Source of the DNA: Chthonomonadales bacterium
Lineage (GTDB): Bacteria > Armatimonadota > Chthonomonadetes > Chthonomonadales > Chthonomonadaceae
Assembly (NCBI GenBank): GCA_038217285.1
Contig: JBBQPO010000013.1
Span: forward strand, 1-47,804
DNA length: 47,804 nt
Direction: 5' to 3'
In this document: in pieces, positions 16,099-25,047 of the stretch
Layout: every line of letters begins with the position of its first letter
How positions within the stretch are numbered: position 1 is the first letter of the stretch
Translations under genes and position numbers: made by a program
Notes under the pieces: model-generated
What the model saw: only the letters and a program-made list of their open reading frames with translations
What the model was told of the DNA's origin: nothing
The model's database searches: none

Positions 16099-17436
16099 TT
16101 AGCGCGGGGGGATGGGAGCGCCGAGGGCGCGTTGGAGTTGGGCGAGCGCGCGGCGATAGTCGCCGAGAGCGTTGTTGTAGTCGTTGCGGGCGGTGCGATA
16201 GGTCTGCTGCGCATCGATCACGTCGAGAATGGAGCTGGCTCCGAGCGCGTAGCCTTGCTGCACCTGATCGAGCAGGGTCTGGGTGCGCGGCAGGATACCG
16301 TCCTGGAACGAGGCGACCAGACGCTGCGACTGCGACAGCGCGATATAGGCTGTCTGCACCTCCAGGCGGATCTGCTGCTGGACCTGGACGATCTGCGCGT
16401 CCTGCACTTTCACATCCTCTTTCGCCTTGTTGACCGCGCCGCGAATGCTCCCGAAATCGAACAGCGGCAGCGCCACCGATACCTGCACCTGACTATCTCC
16501 CAACGTGCGCGGGTTCGCGCCCAGTTGCAGGTCGGGATAGTACTGCGAACGCTGCAGCTTCACATTCGCGTCGAGAGCGCGACGGCTCGCTTCCGCCGAA
16601 CGCAGTTCCGGCCGGGAGTGCAGCGCGAGTGCCTGGAGGTCTTCCAGCTTCAGCGTGAGCGGCGTAAAGGCGAGAGGATCGGCGGCGTTGATCGGCAGCT
16701 CCGGACTGCGGCCAAGCTGCACGTTCAGAGCGGCGCGGGCCTGCTGAACCGCGCTGACGGCCCTGAAGAAATTCTGCTCCTCCTGCGTGAGCGCGATTCG
16801 CGTTCGCGTGGCATTGGAGGCGGGCGCGTCTCCGAGATCGACCCGTTTGGTGATCAGATCGTAGAGGCGCTTGGCCGTGTCGTAGGCCTCCTGCTCCGTT
16901 CGCAGGTTGCTGTTGGCGGCCTGCAGATCGGCGTAAGCACTCGCCGTGCCCTGCTGCACCGCCAGGCGCGTGGTGACGGCGTCAGCCTGGACTCCCTGCA
17001 ACTGCGCGCGCGCCTGCCCGGTGCGCCAGCGCTGCCGGCCGCTCGTCTCCAACGTATAGATGACACCGTATCTCGTGGGGTCCGAGGGATCGAGGCCGGA
17101 AGGCGTGTTCGTTATACCCGTAACGAAGAGGTTTGGATTGACGGGCTGTTTCTGCCCGGAGAGGTTGGCCTGCGCTCCTGCCACCTGATGCGTGGAGGCG
17201 ACCAACTGCGGACTGTTTGTTGCGGCGATGCGCAACGCCTGCTCCAGCGTCAGTCGCTGTGCAGGCGGAACGTCCGGCGGCAGGTCCGGCATCGGCAGCG
17301 TCTGATCTTGCGTCGGTCGCGTCTGAACCTGTCCTGCTGCCGAGCGGCCCTCGATCCCCATCACGACCAGCAGACCGAGCGCCGCAAAAACTTTTCTATT
17401 CGAAAGGGATCGTCCCTTAAAACGCGTAAAACTCAC
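16099..17436 (-). CDS. TolC/CzcC-family outer membrane efflux protein
   Basis: LTLEQALRIAATNSPQL, RPELRSAEA, VALPLFDFG, YALGASSILDVIDAQ. GTG 17436 has a GGGGAG SD; the ORF extends to 17556. Confidence 0.9.
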   Translation of the reverse strand: MSFTRFKGRSLSNRKVFAALGLLVVMGIEGRSAAGQVQTRPTQDQTLPMPDLPPDVPPAQRLTLEQALRIAATNSPQLVASTHQVAGAQANLSGQKQPVNPNLFVTGITNTPSGLDPSDPTRYGVIYTLETSGRQRWRTGQARAQLQGVQADAVTTRLAVQQGTASAYADLQAANSNLRTEQEAYDTAKRLYDLITKRVDLGDAPASNATRTRIALTQEEQNFFRAVSAVQQARAALNVQLGRSPELPINAADPLAFTPLTLKLEDLQALALHSRPELRSAEASRRALDANVKLQRSQYYPDLQLGANPRTLGDSQVQVSVALPLFDFGSIRGAVNKAKEDVKVQDAQIVQVQQQIRLEVQTAYIALSQSQRLVASFQDGILPRTQTLLDQVQQGYALGASSILDVIDAQQTYRTARNDYNNALGDYRRALAQLQRALGAPIPPR

Positions 17437-17490
17437 TTTGATTTCACTCCCCCGGTTCCTATTCCCTGGTACAGCCGAACGCGCCCCTGT

Positions 17491-17547
17491 ATAGTATCCC
17501 TCGTCTGCCTTAAACCTGACTTCACGTTGCCTGAGAGTTTTCTCAAG
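17491..17547 (-). promoter_or_regulatory. Possible internal promoter for the TolC gene with 11-bp-periodic OmpR-type half-sites
   Basis: Minus strand CTTGAG-N5-TCTCAG-N5-GTGAAG-N5-TTTAAG, then 12 nt and a -10-like TACTAT. Confidence 0.35.
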
Positions 17548-17552
17548 CGCCG

Positions 17553-18488
17553 TCAAAACAGCTTCCCTGGAAAGAAGGAGCCCGAGAGCAACACTTGAAC
17601 CGTCGCGGCGTCACCGTGCAACTGCCACTGCACCGCCGCACTGTAGACTTCGTAGCGGTGCTGCGCGAAGGCAAACCCGTGCATCGTCGTGACTCGGTAC
17701 TGCTGCCCCTGGATCGGCGCGAAGTAGACCAGTTCATTGGAATACTGCCAGCGTCCGCCCCGGATCGGCGTCGTGGTCGAAGCGGCGAGCAGCACCTGAT
17801 AGTCCACTCCCGGCACACCCGACCGGGTCAGCGATGAGAGGCCGATGTTGAAGTCGCCATGAAACTGCCATTTCGTGAAGTCCCGGCTTGCGAGCAGCAG
17901 GGCGCCCACGTCGAATTTCTGTGTGCCGCCCAGTTCGCGGCGTCCGGTCGGGATTTTGGTGTTGATTCTGCCGGCGATGTCGAACCCGGCCTTCTCCTGC
18001 GGCTTATAGAGGTACTGAAGGGCGAAATAGGTGTCTCCGACCCCGTCTGTATGGTCGCCCTGACGAATGTAGCCGTCGGTGGCGAGGCGATACTGCAAGC
18101 GACGATTGCCCGCCGTCAGCTTGAGCAGAGAAGGCGTCCCGAAGCTGCGGTCGCGGTTCAGGTTCTTGAAGCCTGTTATATCGGCCTCGATCCAGCCGGG
18201 AGCGGAGAGCGTCGCGGTATCGGTGATGCTCGGCGCGCTCGGCGTCACCGAGGGCGGATGATTGTCCGGCTCCTGCTTGCCATCGCCAGCTTTGCCGTCG
18301 GCCTGCTTCGGGTCGGTCGTTTTGCCATCGCCCTGCTTCACGTCGGCTGGTTTCGCGCCCGCCCGGCCCGCGATCATTCCGCCGAGCAGCACAACCACCC
18401 ACACTGCCGGCCCTCCTGGGCACGTTCGCACCGCTCTCCAGCCACCGGATCTATGCCTGCCCACACGCACACTCCTTCTGTTATCCAC
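17553..18488 (-). CDS. Putative outer-membrane beta-barrel protein (transporter/MetA-pathway-like)
   Basis: Signal-like hydrophobic segment, low-complexity linker, then PSITDTATL..PGWIE, GVGDTYFALQY, KIPTG and alternating beta-strand pattern; overlaps the upstream stop. Confidence 0.6.
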   Translation of the reverse strand: MDNRRSVRVGRHRSGGWRAVRTCPGGPAVWVVVLLGGMIAGRAGAKPADVKQGDGKTTDPKQADGKAGDGKQEPDNHPPSVTPSAPSITDTATLSAPGWIEADITGFKNLNRDRSFGTPSLLKLTAGNRRLQYRLATDGYIRQGDHTDGVGDTYFALQYLYKPQEKAGFDIAGRINTKIPTGRRELGGTQKFDVGALLLASRDFTKWQFHGDFNIGLSSLTRSGVPGVDYQVLLAASTTTPIRGGRWQYSNELVYFAPIQGQQYRVTTMHGFAFAQHRYEVYSAAVQWQLHGDAATVQVLLSGSFFPGKLF

Positions 18489-19278
18489 CCTTAGAAGTAA
18501 GGCGCTCGATCGCGGCCTTCTCTTTCTCGGCCCGACGGGTATCGCCCAGACCCGTCAGAGCCTCCAAATACTTCTTATGCCCCTCGACGAGTCCCGGCAC
18601 AAAAACGATGACGCGGCGGTAGTAGTCGGCCGCCCGCCGGAAGTCCTTCGCCTTCATCGCGACATCCCCCAGGCCGATCAGCGCGTCGTCGTCCGTGTTG
18701 TCGTAATGCAGCGCGGTCTCCCAATACTTCTGCGCGTCGGTCTCTTTTCCCTGTATCATCGCGATTCTGCCCAGGGCACAGTACGCGTGTCCCTGTTTGC
18801 TGTCGAGTTTGAGGGCCAGGAGAGCCTCTTTCTGCGCCTCGTCCAATCGGTTTCGCTCGACCAGCTCCTCGGCATAGGTGGTATGAATGTCCGGATTTTT
18901 CGTATCGTGCTTTACCTGATCCTCCAGCGCCTGAAACGCCTTCTCCTCCTGGCCCTTGTTGGACCTCTCCCGGGCGGTATGGATCAGGCGTTCGGCCTCT
19001 GCCGAGTGGGGCCGCAGACGGAGCGCTGCTAGAAACTCATCGACGGCCTTCTCCTCTTTGCCCGTCTGCAGATAGACTGTGCCCAGACCGATATGGGCAT
19101 CCGCGCCATCCTGATTCCACTCCAGTGCGGTACGGAAATGATAGGCGGCGGTGCTGAGCCGGTTGGCCCTGAGACTGGCCTGACCCTGATAGAGCTGCGC
19201 AGTATAGCCCTGCGAGCTGCGCTGGGCGGAGCCGACCACGGGCAGCAGACAGAGAAGACACACCATTTTTTTCCACAT
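18481..19278 (-). CDS. Exported tetratricopeptide repeat protein
   Basis: Signal peptide MWKKMVCLLCLLPVVGSA; several TPR motifs (AHIGLGTVYL, AYCALGRIAM, ALIGLGDVAM). Confidence 0.88.
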   Translation of the reverse strand: MWKKMVCLLCLLPVVGSAQRSSQGYTAQLYQGQASLRANRLSTAAYHFRTALEWNQDGADAHIGLGTVYLQTGKEEKAVDEFLAALRLRPHSAEAERLIHTARERSNKGQEEKAFQALEDQVKHDTKNPDIHTTYAEELVERNRLDEAQKEALLALKLDSKQGHAYCALGRIAMIQGKETDAQKYWETALHYDNTDDDALIGLGDVAMKAKDFRRAADYYRRVIVFVPGLVEGHKKYLEALTGLGDTRRAEKEKAAIERLTSKGG

Positions 19279-19291
19279 AGCACACCTCGCT

Positions 19292-22200
19292 TTAAGAAAG
19301 GGTCACCGGTTCAGGTTGGGTTCCATGTGCCGGAACCGGACGGGCGACCAGAGCGTAGAGAACGGGCAGGACGAAGAGCGTCAGGATCGTCGCGGAGATA
19401 AGCCCCCCGATGATGACGATGGCAAGCGGCTTCTGCGTGTCCGAGCCGATGCCGGTCGAGATCGCGGCGGGCACCAGGCCGATACTCGCCAGGATCGCGG
19501 TCATCAGGACAGGGCGCAGGCGTATCACGCCGCCTTCGATCACCGCCTCCTGCAGCCCTGCCCCCTGTGCCCGCAGATGATCGAAGTAAGAGACCATAAT
19601 GACGCCGTTCTGCACCGCGACTCCGAAGAGCGCGATGAAGCCGACGGCGGCGGCGACGCTCAGATGGAAGTGCGTCAGATAGAGCGCGAACACGCCCCCG
19701 ATGAGCGCCAGCGGCACGTTCAGCATCACGATCGCGGCGCGGGAGACCGTGTTGAAGAGCATGAACAGGACCAGGAAAATCAGAAGCAGGGTGATCGGGA
19801 CGATGATCATCAGCCGCGCGCCCGCCCGCTGCATGCTCTCGAACTCGCCGCCCCAGACGGTGTAGTAGCCGCTCGGCAGGGTGACGGCATCTTTCACCTT
19901 GCGCTGCGCCTCCAGCACCGCGCCGCCGATGTCGCGGCCGCGCACGCCGAACTTGATGGCGATGAAGCGGTGATTCGCCTCCCGGTAGATAAAGGCCGCG
20001 CCGCGCTCAGTGCGAATGTCGGCGAGCTGGGCCAGCGGAATGCGCTGCCCGTCCAGAGTGCTGACGGTAATCTCGCGTATCTGCTCGACATCCCGACGGT
20101 TCTCCGGCGTCAGGCGCGCGACGATGGAGAATTTCTTCTCGCCGTCCAGCAACTGCGTAATGGTTTTGCCGCCTATGGCCGTCTCCACCACATCCTGCAC
20201 ATCCTGCACGTTCAGGCCATAACGGGCGATCTTATCCCTATCCACATGGAGCTGTACCTGCGGTTCACCCGTCTCTTTGAACGTGTCCAGATCGACCACA
20301 CCGGAAATGCCCGCCAGTGTGCGCTGGATCTCGTCGGCCTTCTTCTCCAGAGTGTCGAGGTCGTCTCCGAACAGTTTCACGGCCAGCTCGCCTTTGATTC
20401 CGGTGACCGCTTCCTCAACGTTGTCTTCGATGTTTTGCGAGAAGTTGAACGAGACGCCGGGGATCTGCGCCAGCTCCGCGTTCATCTTCTCGACAAGGGC
20501 GGCCTTGGTCGAATAACCGTGCCAGGCATCGTAAGGTTTGAGGTCCACCAGAAACTCGGCGTTGTAGAAGCCCGTTGCATCCGTGCCATCGTCGGGCCGC
20601 CCCATCTGCGAAACGATGAGCCCGACCGGCTGATACTTCGCCAGTATCTCCCGGACCCTGGGCACGATCTGCGCCGCCTCGGTATAGGAGATGGTCGTCG
20701 GCATCGTCGCGCGAATCCACAGATTGCCCTCGTCGAGATGCGGCAGAAACTCCGTGCCGAGACGAGGCATGACGAAGAGAGAGAGCACGAACAGCCCGAC
20801 AGCGGCGACGAGTGTAGGCATCGGATTCGCCAGCGCCCAGCGCAGCGCCCCCCGATAGCTGCTCTTTAGTTTCAGACTGACGACGTTCTCGCTGTCTTTC
20901 AGTTTCCCGCGCAGCAGCAGGTAGCAGAGCACCGGTGCAACGAGCAGCGCCATTATCAGGGAGCCGATCAAGGCGAAGCCGATGGTGTAGGCCATCGGAG
21001 AGAACATCTTCTTTTCGACGCTCTGCATGGTGAACAGCGGCAGATAGGCCAGAATGATGATGACGGTGGTAAAAACGATTTCAGTCTGGACCTCGCCGAT
21101 CGCCTCCAGAATGCAGGCATGGATGCTCTCCGCTGCGGCGCGGCGCGCGAGGCGCCTATAGACGTTCTCGACCAGAATCACCGCGCCGTTGACGATGATA
21201 CCGAAGTCGATCGCGCCCAGCGAAAGCAGGTTCGCCGGAACATGAATGAGACCCATGCAGGCGAAGGCAAACAGCAGCCCGAACGGGATGGTCAAGGCCA
21301 CGATGATGGCGGCACGCACGTTACCGAGAAAGAGAAACAGTATCGCGACGACGAGCAGAATGCCCTCGATCAGGTTATGCTCTACCGTATGCGTCGTGGT
21401 TTGAACCAGGTTCGAGCGGTCCACGAACGTCTTGATCTGCACACCCTTCGGCAGGATACTGGTGTTGAGCTGCTCGATCTTTTTGTGGATCGCTTCCAGG
21501 ACCGGAGCCGGGTTCTCCCCGCGCCGCAGCAGGATGATGCCCATCACGGCGTCGTCGGTATCCGTCTGCGGTCCGCCGCCGCCGGGCCGCCATCCGACCT
21601 TTCCCAGGCGCGGCTTAAACCCGATTCGCACCGTCGCCACATCACGGACCAACAGCGGAGCGCCGTTGCGCGTGACGACGACCACATTTTCGATATCCTT
21701 CTCGTCCCGCAGAAGCCCAACGCCGCGGATCACATACTCCTCGCTGCCCCGCTCGATGTAGTTGCCGCCCGCGTTGGCATTGGCGCCCGCGATCGCATCG
21801 GTGACGCTTTTCAGGGTCACATCGTAGGCTTTGAGCCGCGCAGGATCAATCTGAACCTGAACCTGTTTGACCGTGCCGCCGAAACTGTTGACATCGGCGA
21901 CGCCGGGAATGCTCTTGAACTCGCGTTCCAGTGTCCAGTCCTCGATAGTCCGAAGGTCCATAAGCGGCTTGCCGACGACGGTATAGCGATAGATCTCCCC
22001 GGTGGCGCTGGCGAGCGGGGAGAGTGCAGGCTGCACTCCCGCAGGCAGGTCGGCGGCGGCGACACGCTCCATCACCTGCTGGCGGGCGAAATAGTCGTCG
22101 ATGCCGTCCTCGAAGACAAGGTAGACAACGGAGAGGCCGAACAGGGAACGACTGCGCAGACTGGAGACGTGCGGCACCCCGTTCAGGCTGGTCTCCAGCG

Positions 22201-22402
22201 GCACTGTGATCAGCTTCTCAACCTCTTCCCCAGCGTGACCGGGCCACTGCGTAATCACCTGCACCTGGGTGTTCATTACGTCCGGGTAGGCCTCGATAGG
22301 CAGTTGGAAGAAGCTGAGTGTGCCCCATGCCAGCAGTCCCACTGCAAACACCAGCGTAAGCACCCGTTGATTCAAAGCGAAGTGGACGACACGATTGATC
22401 AT
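19292..22402 (-). CDS. czcA: CusA/CzcA-family heavy-metal-efflux RND transporter
   Basis: LPIEAYPD, EEVEKLITVPLE, GAIDFGIIV, GRPDDGTD, RLRPVLMTA, QKPLAIVIIGG; 1036 aa. Family-level call; substrate unknown. Confidence 0.93.
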   Translation of the reverse strand: MINRVVHFALNQRVLTLVFAVGLLAWGTLSFFQLPIEAYPDVMNTQVQVITQWPGHAGEEVEKLITVPLETSLNGVPHVSSLRSRSLFGLSVVYLVFEDGIDDYFARQQVMERVAAADLPAGVQPALSPLASATGEIYRYTVVGKPLMDLRTIEDWTLEREFKSIPGVADVNSFGGTVKQVQVQIDPARLKAYDVTLKSVTDAIAGANANAGGNYIERGSEEYVIRGVGLLRDEKDIENVVVVTRNGAPLLVRDVATVRIGFKPRLGKVGWRPGGGGPQTDTDDAVMGIILLRRGENPAPVLEAIHKKIEQLNTSILPKGVQIKTFVDRSNLVQTTTHTVEHNLIEGILLVVAILFLFLGNVRAAIIVALTIPFGLLFAFACMGLIHVPANLLSLGAIDFGIIVNGAVILVENVYRRLARRAAAESIHACILEAIGEVQTEIVFTTVIIILAYLPLFTMQSVEKKMFSPMAYTIGFALIGSLIMALLVAPVLCYLLLRGKLKDSENVVSLKLKSSYRGALRWALANPMPTLVAAVGLFVLSLFVMPRLGTEFLPHLDEGNLWIRATMPTTISYTEAAQIVPRVREILAKYQPVGLIVSQMGRPDDGTDATGFYNAEFLVDLKPYDAWHGYSTKAALVEKMNAELAQIPGVSFNFSQNIEDNVEEAVTGIKGELAVKLFGDDLDTLEKKADEIQRTLAGISGVVDLDTFKETGEPQVQLHVDRDKIARYGLNVQDVQDVVETAIGGKTITQLLDGEKKFSIVARLTPENRRDVEQIREITVSTLDGQRIPLAQLADIRTERGAAFIYREANHRFIAIKFGVRGRDIGGAVLEAQRKVKDAVTLPSGYYTVWGGEFESMQRAGARLMIIVPITLLLIFLVLFMLFNTVSRAAIVMLNVPLALIGGVFALYLTHFHLSVAAAVGFIALFGVAVQNGVIMVSYFDHLRAQGAGLQEAVIEGGVIRLRPVLMTAILASIGLVPAAISTGIGSDTQKPLAIVIIGGLISATILTLFVLPVLYALVARPVPAHGTQPEPVTLS

Positions 22403-22447
22403 GATATTTCCGAAAACCAGGTTAGAAGCAAGGGGTTGGCGCCCCCG

Positions 22448-24067
22448 CTAATTGCCGCTGTTCTGATTGCCGAGGAAGAGGGCGCCGTGCGTGACGACCA
22501 GTTCACCAGATTTCAGACCCTTTTCGACGATGGCTTTGCCGTCGCGCTGCGCGCCGAGCGTGACCGGTCGGCGGGCATATTTGTCCTTTTGCTTTACATA
22601 GACGAAGTCGCTGTCGCCGTCGCGCAGGATCGCGGCCAGCGGCACGACCAGGACCGACTTACCGCTGCCTGACCGGATACGAACATCGGCATACATGCCA
22701 TCTTTGAGCAAGCCATCGGCATTCGCGATCTCGGCGCGCACCTTTACGGCGCGAGTTTTCGGGTCCAGTGCCGGAGCGATATGCCGTACAGTCCCGGTAA
22801 ACGCGCGATTCGGCAAAGCGGCGACAGTGATCGTCAAATTCTGCCCAGAATGGATCGCGCTGATGTCCTTTTCGTAGACATCGGCCTCCGCCCAGACCGT
22901 CGAGGTGTTGCTCAGCGTGAACATCTGCCAGGGCGTCATCTGCGACTGATCGACGATCTGGCCAGGGCTGACATTGCGCTCCGTCACGATGCCGGAGAGA
23001 GGAGCCTGCACCTTGACAGCGCCGTCCGCGCCGGGTTGCCCGAGCAGAACCAGGACATGCTGGGAGTTCTCCGCATCCGACTTCGCGGCCTGGAAGTCGC
23101 TGCGAGCCTGCTGCAGATCGCGCAGCATGGTGGTTTTCGCTAACCGGAGAGCGGTCTCCGCAGCCTCCTGCTGTAGCTGCGCCTGTCGGGCGTCGCTCTG
23201 TGCAGACCGCACCTGCTGGTCGGCGTATAGATTCGTCTTGAAGGCTTTTCGCTCCCGTTCCAGCGCCGTCTGGACCAGTGCGAGCTTCTCCTGGTCGGCC
23301 TTAACAGTGACGCGAGCCTTGTCCAGTGCATTGTCGGCAGCCTCCATGTCGCTTTTGGCAGCGATCCCTATCTCGAAGAGTTTGGCCTTACGGTCGCGAT
23401 CACGCTGCGTCTGGGCCTGGTCGGCCTGCGCCTGCGCCAGGTCAGAACGTGCCCCGACAACAGCCGTCTGCGCGTCCTCGACCGGCTTCTCGGTAAATCC
23501 ACCGATCCGAGCCTGCTCCTGCACCCGCTCCAGAGCGGACTTTGTGAACTCCACACGGGCTTTCGCCTGATCGAGATTGGCCTGCGCCGACGTCACATCC
23601 GGCGTTCCGAGATGGTAGAGGCGCTCGGTACGCTCCAGGGTCGAGGCCGCGAGGCGCATTTTGTTCTCGCTCTGCCTGGCGGTATTCTGCGCGGCGGCGG
23701 CATCCACACTGTCGAGCAGGGCGAGCGTCTGCCCCACGCTTACATGATCCCCCACTCGTACAAAGACCTGCCGCACACGCCCCGTCAGCCGGGGGCTAAT
23801 TTTCACCGTCTGCTCCGACGAGAAGAGGATCTGTCCGGTGGCATGCAGGTCGGTGGCCAGACTCTCGGCCCGAACGGGGGCCGTCTCGATCTGCACGACC
23901 TTCTGCCCGATGCCCGAAACCGCCACGCTCTCCGTACTCGCGGCCGGCGCGGCGGCGTGGGTTTCGGACCGGCTCTGGCGACTGAGCACGAAGCCTGCGC
24001 CGCCCAGGGCCGCGACAATGCAGAGGCTGATAAGGATCTGGCGAGGAAGCGTGGTTTTTTCCGGCAT
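22448..24067 (-). CDS. RND periplasmic adaptor (CzcB-like) with extended coiled coil
   Basis: N-terminal TM, ISPRLTGRV..VGDHV lipoyl half, long coiled coil, APLSGIV, VWAEADVYEKD, LKDGMYA; AAGGAG SD. Confidence 0.92.
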   Translation of the reverse strand: MPEKTTLPRQILISLCIVAALGGAGFVLSRQSRSETHAAAPAASTESVAVSGIGQKVVQIETAPVRAESLATDLHATGQILFSSEQTVKISPRLTGRVRQVFVRVGDHVSVGQTLALLDSVDAAAAQNTARQSENKMRLAASTLERTERLYHLGTPDVTSAQANLDQAKARVEFTKSALERVQEQARIGGFTEKPVEDAQTAVVGARSDLAQAQADQAQTQRDRDRKAKLFEIGIAAKSDMEAADNALDKARVTVKADQEKLALVQTALERERKAFKTNLYADQQVRSAQSDARQAQLQQEAAETALRLAKTTMLRDLQQARSDFQAAKSDAENSQHVLVLLGQPGADGAVKVQAPLSGIVTERNVSPGQIVDQSQMTPWQMFTLSNTSTVWAEADVYEKDISAIHSGQNLTITVAALPNRAFTGTVRHIAPALDPKTRAVKVRAEIANADGLLKDGMYADVRIRSGSGKSVLVVPLAAILRDGDSDFVYVKQKDKYARRPVTLGAQRDGKAIVEKGLKSGELVVTHGALFLGNQNSGN

Positions 24068-24117
24068 GGCACGAAATCTCCTTGCGAAACGAACGGCAGC
24101 AAAAGGGTCAACGTCCC

Positions 24118-24191
24118 ATTATACGGGCCGAACGCGGGAGAAAGAAGACGGGTTGGACACACGGTACAAAGGGAAGGATGAGGGGTACAAA
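24118..24191 (-). promoter_or_regulatory. Activator-dependent promoter of the efflux operon with candidate LytTR direct repeats
   Basis: Minus strand TTTGTACC at 24184-24191 and 24163-24170 (21-bp period), perfect TATAAT at 24118-24123, poor -35 (TTCTTT). Confidence 0.65.
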
Positions 24192-24204
24192 AAACCGGGC
24201 GGTC

Positions 24205-25047
24205 TTATTTCGCGTCCGTCTCCAGGCCAAGGCGGCGCTGAAGCTCGGGATAGCGGGCGCGGCCTACCGGCAGCAGTTCGCCATCGGTGAGACGCACACG
24301 GTAGGTGTGGTTGCCGAGAAAGAGGATCTCCTCCACCTGTTCTATCTTGACAAGGCAGGAGTCGTGGATCCGCAGAAACAGATCCGGCGGCAGCAGAGTC
24401 TCCAACTGCGTCAGCGTGTAGTAGGTCCGGTGTTCGCCGCCAGCCGTGCGGACAAAGACGCGCTTTTCCCGGGCAACCGCGCAGACGATCTCCTCCACGC
24501 GTACGAGCCGAACCGCATAGTTTTCGCGGATTGGCAGGCGGCGCAGCGGTGCAGGCGTTCTCCCGCCGTCAGCGCCGATCCCGGGCAGGGCGGAGAGAAG
24601 CGCCCCGGCCTCATCGGCGTCGCGCTCTGCCGACGGAACCGCCGCCTCGGAGGCTTCTGCCTGGAGGCTGCGGGCATGACGGTTGGCGAGACGCTCACGG
24701 GCACGCACGAGGGTACGCGCCAGTCGGTCCGGGGAGAGCGGTTTGACCAGATAGTCCAGCGCGTCCCGCTCGAAGGCGTCCAGCGCATATTCGGAATATC
24801 CGGTGACGAAGACGACGAGAGGCGGCGAGTCCAGATGCAGCAGGGCGGCCGCCATCTGCAGCCCGGTCAGGCCCGGCATCTGAATGTCGAGAAAGACGAT
24901 GTCCGGGCGCAAGTCTTCCGCAAGCTGTAGGGCTGTCGCCGCGTTATCGGCCTCGGCGACCACCTGCGCTCCCTGCGCTTGCAGGAGACGGCTCAGATGC
25001 GCGCGTGCCAGCGGCTCATCGTCCACGATCAGTCCGGTCAGTGTCAA
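24205..25047 (-). CDS. LytTR-family DNA-binding response regulator
   Basis: IVDDEPLAR, FLDIQMPG, FVTGYSEYA, DYLVKP; LytTR domain FLRIHDSCLV, LPVGRARY; TTG start overlaps the kinase stop (TTGA). Confidence 0.93.
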   Translation of the reverse strand: MTLTGLIVDDEPLARAHLSRLLQAQGAQVVAEADNAATALQLAEDLRPDIVFLDIQMPGLTGLQMAAALLHLDSPPLVVFVTGYSEYALDAFERDALDYLVKPLSPDRLARTLVRARERLANRHARSLQAEASEAAVPSAERDADEAGALLSALPGIGADGGRTPAPLRRLPIRENYAVRLVRVEEIVCAVAREKRVFVRTAGGEHRTYYTLTQLETLLPPDLFLRIHDSCLVKIEQVEEILFLGNHTYRVRLTDGELLPVGRARYPELQRRLGLETDAK

